The notes beneath the pieces were generated by a model. It made no database searches, had not been told where the DNA came from, and was given only the letters and a program-made list of their open reading frames with translations. Of a stretch of DNA of 64,000 nucleotides, positions 17,243 to 26,513 are shown one piece after another. Source of the stretch: an uncultured delta proteobacterium (GTDB lineage: Bacteria > Desulfobacterota > Binatia > Binatales > Binataceae); the NCBI GenBank assembly GCA_963771325.1, contig CAVYTJ010000009.1:157339-221338 (forward strand). The letters are read 5' to 3'. Each line of letters begins with the position of its first letter. Within the stretch, counting starts at the first letter, position 1. A program made the translations under genes and the position numbers.

Positions 17243-18643
17243 TTACATAAATTCTCGGTCGAGTGCCCGGGACGCGAGCGGGAGGCGCACTTGGACTTCG
17301 CAGCCGCCGGCGGCGCGGTTGGCGGCCCCGATGACGCCGCCATGGCGGCGCACGATTTCGCGGCTCAGCGCGAGCCCGAGGCCGCTGCCTCGGCCGTTGG
17401 CGCCGCGGCTGCGATAGAACGGATCGAAGATGTGATCGATGTCGCGCGGGTCGATACCGGGACCACTGTCGCGTACCGAGATCAGCGCAGTCGAGCCATT
17501 CGTGGTGACGCCGATTTCGATTCTGCCGCGTTCGGGAGTGAACTTGACCGCGTTGTCGAGCAGGTTGAGCACGACGCGGCGCAGATCGCCGGCGCTGCCA
17601 TGCACGACGATTCGCCTGCAGGCGTCAATTGCCAAGTCCTGCGCCAAGTCCGGTGCAAAGTCCTGGGCGAATTCCTGATGCTTCGCCTCGGCCAGCGTCT
17701 GCGCCATCGCGGACGCTTCGGCCGCGATCTCACTCAAGTCCACCGGTGCGCGTTCCACCGCGGGCTCGGCGTCCAGCCGCGCCAGGGCGAGCAAGTCTTC
17801 CGCGATCGCGCATAGACGCTCGACCTCGCCCATCGCCTGCTCCAGCGCCGCGCGGCTTTCCTCGGCCCCGCGCGGCCGTTGCAGCGTAACCTCCAATCCG
17901 CTGCGCAAGACGGCCAGCGGGGTGCGCAATTCATGCGCGGCTTCGGAGACAAAGCGCTGCTGTGCGGCGGACGCGAGTTCCAGGCGCTCGAGCAACTGGT
18001 TGATAGCCGCAATGAGTTGCCCCGCTTCGTCGTGGAGGCGCGGGAGTGGCAGGCGCTGGCGCAGATCGCGCGGCCCGATACGGGCCAGTGCGCCCGTGAC
18101 CTGGTTAACCGGGGCGAGCGCCCATCCCGCCATCCAGTAACCGCCGGCAACGCAGAGCGCAAGGATGATCGGGATGACCAGCAGCAGCGCGTTTCGCAGA
18201 TGCGCGATAGCGTGCCGCACCGGTCCGGCGTCGGCGCCATCCTGCAACGATCCGGGCTCTCCGTTCACCCGCAGCGGAACGATCGCGAAGCGGTAACGAC
18301 GCTGCCTGCCATCGACGACCGAATCCGCCGCCGCAAAAGCGTCGGGCAGGTCCGCGCCGGTGTCGCCGGCGTCGAAGATGACCTGACCGCCCGCGATCAA
18401 ACGCACCCGCCGTCCTGGTCCCAAATCCTTTTCCTGGCTGAGGCGTTGGAGAATCAGCTTGGTGTCGGCGGCGCTGGAGTGGGGAATGGCGGCGGCGGTC
18501 GTGTCGGCTTCTTCCATCAGTGCCGCGTCGAGCGTGCTCCACATCGCACGCGCGAACATGACCATGATAAGCAATCCCGCCGCAAACAGGATGACGGCGG
18601 TAATTGCGGTCCAGTAAATAGTCAGTCGCAGCCGAATACTCAA
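17243..18643 (-). CDS. Two-component sensor histidine kinase (periplasmic sensor, HAMP, HisKA, HATPase_c)
   Basis: Two TM helices flank a periplasmic domain of about 150 aa. H-box SEAAHELRTPLAVL; N/G1/G2 boxes LLDNAVKFTP...DSGPGI...GSGLGLALS. Confidence 0.9.
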   Translation of the reverse strand: MSIRLRLTIYWTAITAVILFAAGLLIMVMFARAMWSTLDAALMEEADTTAAAIPHSSAADTKLILQRLSQEKDLGPGRRVRLIAGGQVIFDAGDTGADLPDAFAAADSVVDGRQRRYRFAIVPLRVNGEPGSLQDGADAGPVRHAIAHLRNALLLVIPIILALCVAGGYWMAGWALAPVNQVTGALARIGPRDLRQRLPLPRLHDEAGQLIAAINQLLERLELASAAQQRFVSEAAHELRTPLAVLRSGLEVTLQRPRGAEESRAALEQAMGEVERLCAIAEDLLALARLDAEPAVERAPVDLSEIAAEASAMAQTLAEAKHQEFAQDFAPDLAQDLAIDACRRIVVHGSAGDLRRVVLNLLDNAVKFTPERGRIEIGVTTNGSTALISVRDSGPGIDPRDIDHIFDPFYRSRGANGRGSGLGLALSREIVRRHGGVIGAANRAAGGCEVQVRLPLASRALDREFM

Positions 18644-19356
18644 TCGGAGCCTCTGCTCTTGCTACCGGGCACGGGCAAATTGAGGCGAAGCATGTAGCCC
18701 GCGCCACGGACCGTTACGATCAACGGAGGCTGATTTACCAGTTCGATCTTTTGACGCAGGCGGTTGATGAAGACCTCGACGATATTCGACATCGCATTGT
18801 AGTCCTTGCCCCACACCGCCTCGCCGATCATGTCCCGCGTGACGGCCAGGCCGGCGTGGCGCACCAGGTATTCAAGGACCATCAACTCCTTTGGCGACAG
18901 ATCGAGCGCGCGGCCGCCGCGCGCGGCGGCGCGGCGCGAAGTGTCGATTACTATATCGTCCGCTTCGAGCACGGGGCTATCAGCCGCCACCCGGCGCCGA
19001 AGCAGCGCGCGCACGCGCGCGAGCAGTTCACTGAAGGCAAACGGCTTGGTCAGGTAGTCGTCGCCGCCGCCGTCCAGGCCGCGCACGCGGTCATCGGTGG
19101 AATCGCGCGCGGTCAGGATGAGCACCGGGAGCGCCGCGCCGGCCGCGCGCAGGTCGGCCAGAAATTCCAGGCCGTCCTGACCCGGCAGGCGCAAGTCGAG
19201 CAGCATCAGGTCGTACCCGTTCTGCGAGAGCGCCGCGCGCGCGGCCTCGGCGCCCGGCGCGACTTCGACGGCAAAGCCCGCCTCGCCGAGTCCGCGCTTT
19301 AAGTTGGCGGCCAGCTTGGCTTCATCTTCAACTACCAGCAGACGCGCGGCGGGCAT
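18640..19356 (-). CDS. OmpR-family DNA-binding response regulator
   Basis: Start MPAARLLVVEDE at complement 19354-19356; the longer listed ORF to 19776 is a GC-rich extension. Receiver domain (D-D...K) plus winged helix (LTKPFAFSELLARVRALLRR...RGAGYML). 4-nt overlap with the kinase gene. Confidence 0.9.
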   Translation of the reverse strand: MPAARLLVVEDEAKLAANLKRGLGEAGFAVEVAPGAEAARAALSQNGYDLMLLDLRLPGQDGLEFLADLRAAGAALPVLILTARDSTDDRVRGLDGGGDDYLTKPFAFSELLARVRALLRRRVAADSPVLEADDIVIDTSRRAAARGGRALDLSPKELMVLEYLVRHAGLAVTRDMIGEAVWGKDYNAMSNIVEVFINRLRQKIELVNQPPLIVTVRGAGYMLRLNLPVPGSKSRGSD

Positions 19357-19436
19357 CGTGGGCCTCGGGCGTTGGCGATCCGGTCTTAAATAGCCGCTAC
19401 GAGCGTACAACGCGGAAGGTTTTTGCGCGATAGCGT

Positions 19437-20111
19437 TCAGATTACCAGCGAGAGCAGGCCGGCGGCGATGAGCGCGCCTGCCCAAACCGCATCGAGGTTG
19501 ATCCAGGCGCTTCGCAGAAATGCCAGGCCCACGCGGTCGTATACCACGACGGCGATCGTGCCCATCACGAGCAGCATCGCGGCCGTATGCAACAGCACGA
19601 CCGTCACATCCTGCGCGAGCGAGAGCGAGCCCATCGCGGCCATCGACTGATGCATCAGGCGGCCGTGCACGCCATGCATCATTTGATGATGCATCGCCGC
19701 GCCGCCCGGCATGTCCATCAGGATCGGAAACAGCATCAGGCCCGCGCCATGCGCCGAGGCCATCAGGAACGACCACAGCGCAAGCTCATACCACTTCACG
19801 CGCATCGCGACCCATCGCGGATGCGCGCGCGGCCAAAGATAGCGAAAGATGCCGAACGAGATCAGGATCGCGGCGCCGGCCGGGCGCAACAGCGAAGACG
19901 CCGCGGCGAATCGCGCCCATCCGATCAATGCGACCACAGTGGCGATCGAAACCAGGTGCCCGAATGCGATCGGCCCGAGCGCGGCGAAGACCTTGGCGCG
20001 GCGGCGCTCCTGGAGCCCGAGCGCCACCGCGAACAGCCATCCCATCGACGGGTCGAGGCCGTGATAGGCGCCCAGCGCGGCGATCGCGATCCACGGCCAG
20101 GCCGCGGTCAC
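19437..20111 (-). CDS. His/Met-rich integral membrane protein (about 6 TM helices; loop HHQMMHGVHGRLMHQSMAAMGS); possible metal (Cu/Ni/Co) transporter or chaperone
   Basis: Good GC3 codon usage. Hydrophobic segments plus a histidine/methionine cluster reminiscent of NicO/RcnA or Cu(I)-binding Met motifs. 4-nt overlap with the upstream SBP56 gene. Confidence 0.55.
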   Translation of the reverse strand: MTAAWPWIAIAALGAYHGLDPSMGWLFAVALGLQERRRAKVFAALGPIAFGHLVSIATVVALIGWARFAAASSLLRPAGAAILISFGIFRYLWPRAHPRWVAMRVKWYELALWSFLMASAHGAGLMLFPILMDMPGGAAMHHQMMHGVHGRLMHQSMAAMGSLSLAQDVTVVLLHTAAMLLVMGTIAVVVYDRVGLAFLRSAWINLDAVWAGALIAAGLLSLVI

Positions 20112-21568
20112 GGGTAGCAGAATGAATCAGACGAGCAGTCGCCGCCCTCCAGGTGAATCTGATGCGGACGTTCGCCCTCGAAGGGGATGAAAAAATTCGG
20201 GTCGAGCGCGATGCCGCCGGCCGGATTGACGTCGACCTTGGCGATCCATCCGCGAATGCCGTCGGGATAGAACTGCTCGTCCAGCGCCGAGTAGAGCGAG
20301 TTGGTCACGTAGATACGGCGGCCGTCGCGGCTGATCTCGAGCATCTGCGGTGCGCCGTTGACCTTGCCGGCCTTGGGGTGCGGCGTGCGCGAGGCCATCC
20401 CGCCGATTCGCACCGAGCCGGTCTGGCGCGGATGGAACGGGTCGCTCACGTCGTACTGCTTGATCTCGCCCGTGCCCCAGCATGAAGCGTAGAGGAACTT
20501 GTCATCAAGGCTGAGCGCAATTTCAGGGACCAGCGGTGGCGCCGCCTTGAACTGCTTGAGCGGCGGCGGCAGCAGAGCCGGGTCGGCAGGCTCGGCGGGG
20601 ATCTCGATCACCTTGCGCGCCGCCCATTTGCCATTGCCGTCCTCGCGATGCCACAGCCAGATTCCGGCGCTGAGGTCCTTGGTCGAGATAACGGTGCAGA
20701 CAAAGCCGTAGGCTTTGGTCGGATCGTGCGCCGGCCGCAATTCGAGCGCCATCTGATGCTCCGCGCCCAGATCGATTTCCTGGAGGTGGCGGCGCTTGCG
20801 CAGGTCCCACATGTGGAGGCGATGGCCGTAGTCGCCTTTGACCAGGCGCTCGAGGCTGAGCCCGTTTTCGAACATATCGGGCGTGCCCCATTCGCTGCTG
20901 ACTCCGACGTCGTAGCCGATGTGCCACCAGAAATCGTAAGCGAGAAACTGCGGGCCGCGGTCGACCTCCCACCGGCCGAGCACGTCGAAGCTTTCGTGAT
21001 CGAGCAGGAAGACTCCGCCGGGGCCGCCGCCATTAGCGCCGCCCATGGCGCTCACGTAAATCGCGTCGGGGCCGCAATGGAACGTATGCGGACGGCTGTA
21101 GCCGGCGCGCGTCGCGATCTCTTCGGCCTCGATCACCTTGACGATCTTCGGCGCGCGCGGGTCGGGCTTGGTGTCGATCACGTGGATGCGCGAGGAGCGC
21201 AGGCCCGGCACCAGCAGGTAGCGGCGCTCGACGTGTGGATGCGGCGAGTAGGGACACAGCGCCGAGCTGCACGCGTTCCATCCGAAGTGATGCAGTTCGT
21301 TGCCGGCGTCGGGCATCTCGAGGCGTCCGACCACGGTTGCGAAGGTCGGCGAGCCGGGGTCGAGGTCGAGCACGTTAATCGCGTCACGTTTGCCGTGCTT
21401 GGGATCGAGACTGAAGGTCGCGACGTAGCCGAGGCGCTCGCGCGGCCCCTCGATCGCCATGCGCGGCGAAGGATAAAAGGTCTGGTCGGGTTTCCACAGC
21501 ATGGACGTGTGCCTCTTTCGGCTCGGATTGTGAACTTCGACCTTAGATAGCGTCGCACTCTGATTCAA
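20108..21568 (-). CDS. Selenium-binding protein 56 (SBP56) family protein, methanethiol-oxidase-like; probable true start at 21502
   Basis: Aligns along its length with SELENBP1/MtoX (GPRE..., ELHHFGWNACSS, ...GGDCSSD). No signal peptide. AAGAGG RBS precedes the ATG at 21500-21502. Confidence 0.85.
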   Translation of the reverse strand: MNQSATLSKVEVHNPSRKRHTSMLWKPDQTFYPSPRMAIEGPRERLGYVATFSLDPKHGKRDAINVLDLDPGSPTFATVVGRLEMPDAGNELHHFGWNACSSALCPYSPHPHVERRYLLVPGLRSSRIHVIDTKPDPRAPKIVKVIEAEEIATRAGYSRPHTFHCGPDAIYVSAMGGANGGGPGGVFLLDHESFDVLGRWEVDRGPQFLAYDFWWHIGYDVGVSSEWGTPDMFENGLSLERLVKGDYGHRLHMWDLRKRRHLQEIDLGAEHQMALELRPAHDPTKAYGFVCTVISTKDLSAGIWLWHREDGNGKWAARKVIEIPAEPADPALLPPPLKQFKAAPPLVPEIALSLDDKFLYASCWGTGEIKQYDVSDPFHPRQTGSVRIGGMASRTPHPKAGKVNGAPQMLEISRDGRRIYVTNSLYSALDEQFYPDGIRGWIAKVDVNPAGGIALDPNFFIPFEGERPHQIHLEGGDCSSDSFCYP

Positions 21569-21699
21569 GCACTAAACCGCTGGCGAGATTTTATTTGCAT
21601 TTAGCGCGTCAAATGAGTTGACTACGAGAGTTTCCGGGTTCCAAACGAAGCCGAAACGGGACCGTATGCGGAGGCCTCCGAACCGGCGCAATACGGGAG

Positions 21700-22110
21700 G
21701 TGAAGCAGGCGATGGATTCACTGCGTAACACCGGAGCGCTGCTCGGGCGCATCATGCTGGCTTTCATTTTCGTCATGGCGGGGATCGAAAAAATCTCCGG
21801 ACCGGCGGGCACCATGCAATACATGGCGAGTGCGGGGCTACCGCATTCGCTGGTCCCCGAGCTTTTCGTGCTGTCGGTGATCGTCGAGTTGCTGGGCGGC
21901 CTGATGCTGGTGTTCGGATGGCATGCCGAACTTGTGGCTTTCATCATGTTTCTGTGGTTCATCCCCGTCACGCTAGCGTTCCACGTGGCAACGGGGCAGA
22001 CGATCGAGTGGATGAAAAACCTTGCGATCATGGGTGGGCTGCTGATGGTCGCGGTGTACGGGCCCGGCGGATACAGCCTCGACGCGCGCGGCGGGCGCCA
22101 CGCCGCCTGA
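21700..22110 (+). CDS. DoxX family membrane protein
   Basis: 136 aa, 4 TM helices, LLGRIMLAFIFVMAGIEKI...; typical DoxX. Confidence 0.85.
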   Translation: MKQAMDSLRNTGALLGRIMLAFIFVMAGIEKISGPAGTMQYMASAGLPHSLVPELFVLSVIVELLGGLMLVFGWHAELVAFIMFLWFIPVTLAFHVATGQTIEWMKNLAIMGGLLMVAVYGPGGYSLDARGGRHAA

Positions 22111-22219
22111 CGCGCGGCGCGGGCAACGACAACTAGAACAACGCGAGCGCGATGCGGGCCGACCGATACCGGCCAGACGCCGCGCCGCGCTCGCGCACAC
22201 ACGGAGCGCTCGCTATGTG

Positions 22220-22552
22220 CTACTGATGCGCGCTCTCGCCCAGCGCCGTTTTCACCAGCGTCTGCAGCTCGCCGCTTGAGTGCAACTCGCGCACGATATC
22301 GCATCCACCAACGAACTTGCCGTTGATAAAGACCTGCGGGATGGTCGGCCAGTTGCTGTAGCCCTTGATCGCGTCACGCACTTCCTGGTCGGCGAGCACG
22401 TCGACCGTGCTGTAGGGCGCACCCAGTTCCTCGAACACCTCGACCGTCGCGGCCGAGAATCCGCATTGCGGAAAATTGCGGTTGCCTTTCATGAAAATGA
22501 CGATCTTGTCGCTGTTGATCGCCGTACGGATTCGCTCGATTGGATCGGCCAT
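22220..22552 (-). CDS. grxD: Monothiol glutaredoxin, Grx4 family (CGFS)
   Basis: KIVIFMKGNRNFPQCGFS... CGFS active site, 110 aa. Confidence 0.9.
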   Translation of the reverse strand: MADPIERIRTAINSDKIVIFMKGNRNFPQCGFSAATVEVFEELGAPYSTVDVLADQEVRDAIKGYSNWPTIPQVFINGKFVGGCDIVRELHSSGELQTLVKTALGESAHQ

Positions 22553-22560
22553 CTGAACTC

Positions 22561-22809
22561 TTACCTCCGGTTCTGATACTGATTGGGGGTCATCACCTTG
22601 AGCGTCAGCGCGTGGATGCGGGCCTTCATGGCGTCGCCCAGCGCGCCGTAAACCGCCTGATGGCGCTCGACCAGGCCCTTGCCCTCGAAAGTCTCGCTGA
22701 CCACCAGCGCTTCGAAATGATCGCCGCCGCCGGTAAAATCGCGCACCTCGACCAGGGCGCCCGGCAACCCGCGCTCGATCATTTCCTTGATCTCCTGCGC
22801 TTCCATCAA
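22561..22809 (-). CDS. bolA: BolA family transcriptional regulator
   Basis: 82 aa, ...GGGDHFEALVVSETFEGK...; BolA fold. Forms the classic BolA-Grx pair. Confidence 0.85.
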   Translation of the reverse strand: MMEAQEIKEMIERGLPGALVEVRDFTGGGDHFEALVVSETFEGKGLVERHQAVYGALGDAMKARIHALTLKVMTPNQYQNRR

Positions 22810-22934
22810 TCCCTCATCTTAGCGCGCGGCGCCCGGCGAATTCCACCGGCCCGGCGGCTCTCTTAATGCGATCGCAATCTTGCCGGAATAGCGGACGTTT
22901 GCAAGCCGCGATGCGCGCCTTCGCGCGCCAACCC

Positions 22935-23900
22935 TCATTCATCCTTTTCCAATTCGCCATCTTCCGATGTTCCCGCGGCGGCATCCCGCGTTTCGGCGGC
23001 GGCGCCGTCGAGCGGCACTTGCGCCGCGGGAACGATATCGTCGAAGCGCGAGTAATCGATCGAGAAGCTGCCGTCGGGCAATTCCTGCAAAACGTCGACG
23101 AAACGCATGCCCCAGGCTATCTCGTCCGCGGTCCAGACGTAGCGCACATGAACGTTCTGCAGAAACGATTCATCCAAGCCGACCAGTGAGACGACGATCA
23201 ATGCGCGCGAGGCCTTGAGCGAAGCCGCAGTCTCGCCGAACAGCGGACTGTCTTCGACGATCGGATGAATCACGGTCCAACTCAGCGAGAACAACGCGTT
23301 GCGGGCGCGTGCAAGATGGAGGTCATAGAAGCGACGCATGCTCTCGCCCTCGCGGGTCGTCTCCCAGCGTGAGAAGACGGCGTGGACCTGCGCCTCGACG
23401 ATGCGGTTGGAGCGCTGGTTCACCGCCCGGAACATCAGCGACGGAACTCCGTCGCGCGGCGAGACCACCACGACCTGACTGAAGCGCACGCGCGCGGTCG
23501 GCCGCGAGAAGCGGGCGAAAACCAGCCCGGTTACGACCGCGAGCGCGACCAGCCCGCTTAAAGCCTCGATACTCACCATTATGTTGGCTACGAGCGAACT
23601 CGGCGCCATCACGCCGTACCCGATCGTCGCCATCGTCTGCACGCTGAAGAAAAAGGCGTCGGTGAAGGAACCCCGGCGGGCGTTGGCCACGCCGCCGTCG
23701 AACAGGTAGCCGAGCGCGAACAGGCAATTGATGAATCCGAACAAGCCCACGATTATGAGCAGCAGCGCCGGCCACGAAACCGTGGTCAGATAGAAGTAGA
23801 GGTCGCTGACCGGCGGCTGCGCTGGCCCGCCCGACGTGACCCGGCCGATCCTGTCGCGGGCCTTGTAGTCCAACTTGTTGTTGTTAAAATCCTGGTTCAC
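22935..23900 (-). CDS. Prokaryotic inward-rectifier-type potassium channel (KirBac-like)
   Basis: Two TM helices flanking a pore helix with selectivity filter TIGYG (SVQTMATIGYGVM), followed by a cytoplasmic Kir C-terminal beta-rich domain of about 200 aa. Confidence 0.8.
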   Translation of the reverse strand: MNQDFNNNKLDYKARDRIGRVTSGGPAQPPVSDLYFYLTTVSWPALLLIIVGLFGFINCLFALGYLFDGGVANARRGSFTDAFFFSVQTMATIGYGVMAPSSLVANIMVSIEALSGLVALAVVTGLVFARFSRPTARVRFSQVVVVSPRDGVPSLMFRAVNQRSNRIVEAQVHAVFSRWETTREGESMRRFYDLHLARARNALFSLSWTVIHPIVEDSPLFGETAASLKASRALIVVSLVGLDESFLQNVHVRYVWTADEIAWGMRFVDVLQELPDGSFSIDYSRFDDIVPAAQVPLDGAAAETRDAAAGTSEDGELEKDE

Positions 23901-23930
23901 ACGAGGTATCCCGCGTTCGACACTTTGTCC

Positions 23931-25067
23931 CTAAACTTGCTCGACCACGGTCGCGATGCCCTGGCCGATCCCGATGCACATCGTCACCAGCCCCAGTTGC
24001 GCGCCGCGCCGGCGCATCTCGTGCGTCAGCGTCACCATCAGCCGCGCCCCCGAGCATCCCAGCGGATGCCCCAGCGCGACCGCGCCGCCGTTGACGTTGA
24101 GCCGGTTCTCGTCGATCGCGAGATCGGTGTTGCAGGCGAGCACCTGCGCCGCGAACGCCTCGTTTATTTCGACCAGGTCGATATCGCCCATCTTGAGCGC
24201 CGCGCGGCCGAGCACCTTGTGCGTCGCCGGCACCGGGCCCCATCCCATGATTTCCGGCCTCACGCCGGCGACCGCGGTGACGCGAATCCGCGCCATCGGC
24301 TTAAGCCCCAGCGCTCGCGCCCGCTCGGCGCTCATCAGCAGCACCGCGGCCGCGCCATCGCATACCTGCGAGGAGTTGCCTGCCGTGACCTGGCCGCCGT
24401 CGGGTTTGAATGACGGCTTCAGCGCCGCGAGCCGTTCCATGCTGGTGTCGGGGCGCGGACCCTGGTCGACGTCGACCAGCCCGCTCGCCAGACGCACCGG
24501 CACGATCTCTTCCTTGAAGCGCTCGCGCGCCGCGATCGCGCGCTGATGCGACCGCAACGAGAACGCGTCGGCCTGCTCGCGCGTAATTCCGTAGGTCGCG
24601 GCCAGCCGCTCCGCCGTCAACCCCATCACGAACATGTCCTGCGGAAACAGGTCGAGCAGCTTTGGATTGGGCAGCAGCCCGGAGCCCATCGGGACATGGC
24701 TCATCTGCTCGACGCCGCCCGCGATCACGACCTCGCCCGCGCCGGTCATGATTTCGTACGCGGCGAAGTTGACCGCCTGCAAACCCGATCCGCATTGGCG
24801 GTCGACCGTGGTGCCCGCGACCTCGACCGGGAGCCCCGCCAAGAGCGCGATCATGCGGCCGATATTCAGCCCCTGCTCGCCCGACTGATTGGCGCATCCC
24901 CAGACCACGTCCTCGATTTCGGCCGGGTCGAGTTTGCGGTTGCGCTCGAGCAGGCGGCGCACGCACATCACGGCAAGGTCGTCGGCGCGAATGTCCTTGT
25001 AATAGCCATCCTTGTTGGAGCGGCCGATTGGCGTGCGAACTCCGTCAACGATTACCACTTCGTGCAT
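23931..25067 (-). CDS. Acetyl-CoA C-acyltransferase / 3-ketoacyl-CoA thiolase
   Basis: Start MHEVVIVDGVRTPIGR at complement 25065-25067, GGAGG RBS. Thiolase signatures (catalytic Cys region, C-terminal NVNGGAIALGHPLGCSGAR). Confidence 0.9.
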   Translation of the reverse strand: MHEVVIVDGVRTPIGRSNKDGYYKDIRADDLAVMCVRRLLERNRKLDPAEIEDVVWGCANQSGEQGLNIGRMIALLAGLPVEVAGTTVDRQCGSGLQAVNFAAYEIMTGAGEVVIAGGVEQMSHVPMGSGLLPNPKLLDLFPQDMFVMGLTAERLAATYGITREQADAFSLRSHQRAIAARERFKEEIVPVRLASGLVDVDQGPRPDTSMERLAALKPSFKPDGGQVTAGNSSQVCDGAAAVLLMSAERARALGLKPMARIRVTAVAGVRPEIMGWGPVPATHKVLGRAALKMGDIDLVEINEAFAAQVLACNTDLAIDENRLNVNGGAVALGHPLGCSGARLMVTLTHEMRRRGAQLGLVTMCIGIGQGIATVVEQV

Positions 25068-25238
25068 GACTTGCGCCTCCGGGGTTGAAATCGGACATAG
25101 TTGACATCGGGCCGAGCGGCGGTCCATGAGTCTAACATGTGTCGCGCCGTCCCCGGCAAAGGTCACACGGGCCGGCCCGGACTACACCAAGGGGCGGAAA
25201 CGGCCGCGGGCGCAAACGGCGAGCGAGGAGAGCTGATC

Positions 25239-26417
25239 ATGGCCGGTAGCGAGCGAAGCTCCAGTGCGATTTCGGCCAGCCGGCAGTACGCGCCCTACGT
25301 CGAGGCGGACTGGGGCTTCAAGAACACGTGGTACCCGGCGCTGTTCAGTCACGAGCTGGAGGAGAACGGCGTCAAGGGCGTCACGATGGCCGGTCACGAT
25401 ATCGTGCTCCGCCGCTCGCGCGGAAAAGTTTACGCGCTCCGCGACCGCTGCGCGCATCGCGGGGTCAAAATGTCGCTGCGCCCGATGTGTCTGACCGCCG
25501 AGACGCTGAGCTGCTGGTACCACGGCTTCACCTACGGCCTCGACGACGGCGTGCTGAAGACGATCGTCGCCTCGCCCGACGATCCGCTGATCGGCAAGGT
25601 GCGTATCCGCACCTACCCGGTAGCGGAGCGCGCCGGAATAATCTTCGTCTTCGTCGGCGACGAGGATTTCGCGCCGCTGCCGGCTCTGGAAGCCGACATG
25701 CCGATCCGGATCACGGATGACGCCAACGCCGTCGCGCACATCCTCGATGACAACGTTTACGTCCGCGGAATCCATCGCACCGGCAATTCCAACTGGCGCC
25801 TCGCGGTCGAGAACGGCTTCGACCCCGGCCATCTTTTGATCCACTGGGACAATCAGATCGTCGCGGCGACCGATCGCAAGCTCGGCCTTGGCGTCGAGCC
25901 GATCGGCGAGGGGGCGATAAAGATCCTCGACGAGCCCGACGGCCCCAAGGGCATCATGAACATGTACAATACGCGCGCGTACAAGTTCATCATGGAGAAC
26001 AAGGCGGTGAACATGCGCGCGCGCGGCAAAAACTCCTACTACGCGCGCACCTCGATGGTGCTGCCGGGCATCCTGCTGGTCGAGCATTGGCCGATTCCGG
26101 GCTGGGCGCAATACGAATGGTACGTGCCGACCGACGACAAGCATCACGAGTACTGGGAAATCCTGGTCGGCCGCTGCCGCAACGAAGAGGAACGGCGCGA
26201 GGCGGATTACCTGTACGATAATTTCCTCGAGCCGCTGGGATTGCGCGACTTCAACGACAACGACCTGTTCGCGCGCGAGGCGATGCAGAATTTCTACGAG
26301 CGAGGCGACGGATGGAATCGCGAGTCGCTGTGCGCCTTCGACGCCGCGACCATCACCTGGCGCAAGGTCGCGGCGCGCTTCAACCGCGGTATCCAGGAGC
26401 CGCCCGAAGCGGCATAA
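25239..26417 (+). CDS. Rieske (2Fe-2S) non-heme-iron ring-hydroxylating oxygenase, alpha subunit (KshA/phthalate-dioxygenase-like)
   Basis: Start MAGSERSS at 25239 with GAGGAG RBS. Rieske motif CAHRG...CWYHGF. Catalytic-domain Fe ligands (H..H...D region). Confidence 0.8.
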   Translation: MAGSERSSSAISASRQYAPYVEADWGFKNTWYPALFSHELEENGVKGVTMAGHDIVLRRSRGKVYALRDRCAHRGVKMSLRPMCLTAETLSCWYHGFTYGLDDGVLKTIVASPDDPLIGKVRIRTYPVAERAGIIFVFVGDEDFAPLPALEADMPIRITDDANAVAHILDDNVYVRGIHRTGNSNWRLAVENGFDPGHLLIHWDNQIVAATDRKLGLGVEPIGEGAIKILDEPDGPKGIMNMYNTRAYKFIMENKAVNMRARGKNSYYARTSMVLPGILLVEHWPIPGWAQYEWYVPTDDKHHEYWEILVGRCRNEEERREADYLYDNFLEPLGLRDFNDNDLFAREAMQNFYERGDGWNRESLCAFDAATITWRKVAARFNRGIQEPPEAA

Positions 26418-26513
26418 CGCATCGCATAACAAATGACAAAGCCGAAGCGCTCGCCTCGATGCCCGCAGAAGTAAGTTCCAGCGCCGCCGCCCGTCGCCGC
26501 CAACGCTCATCGC

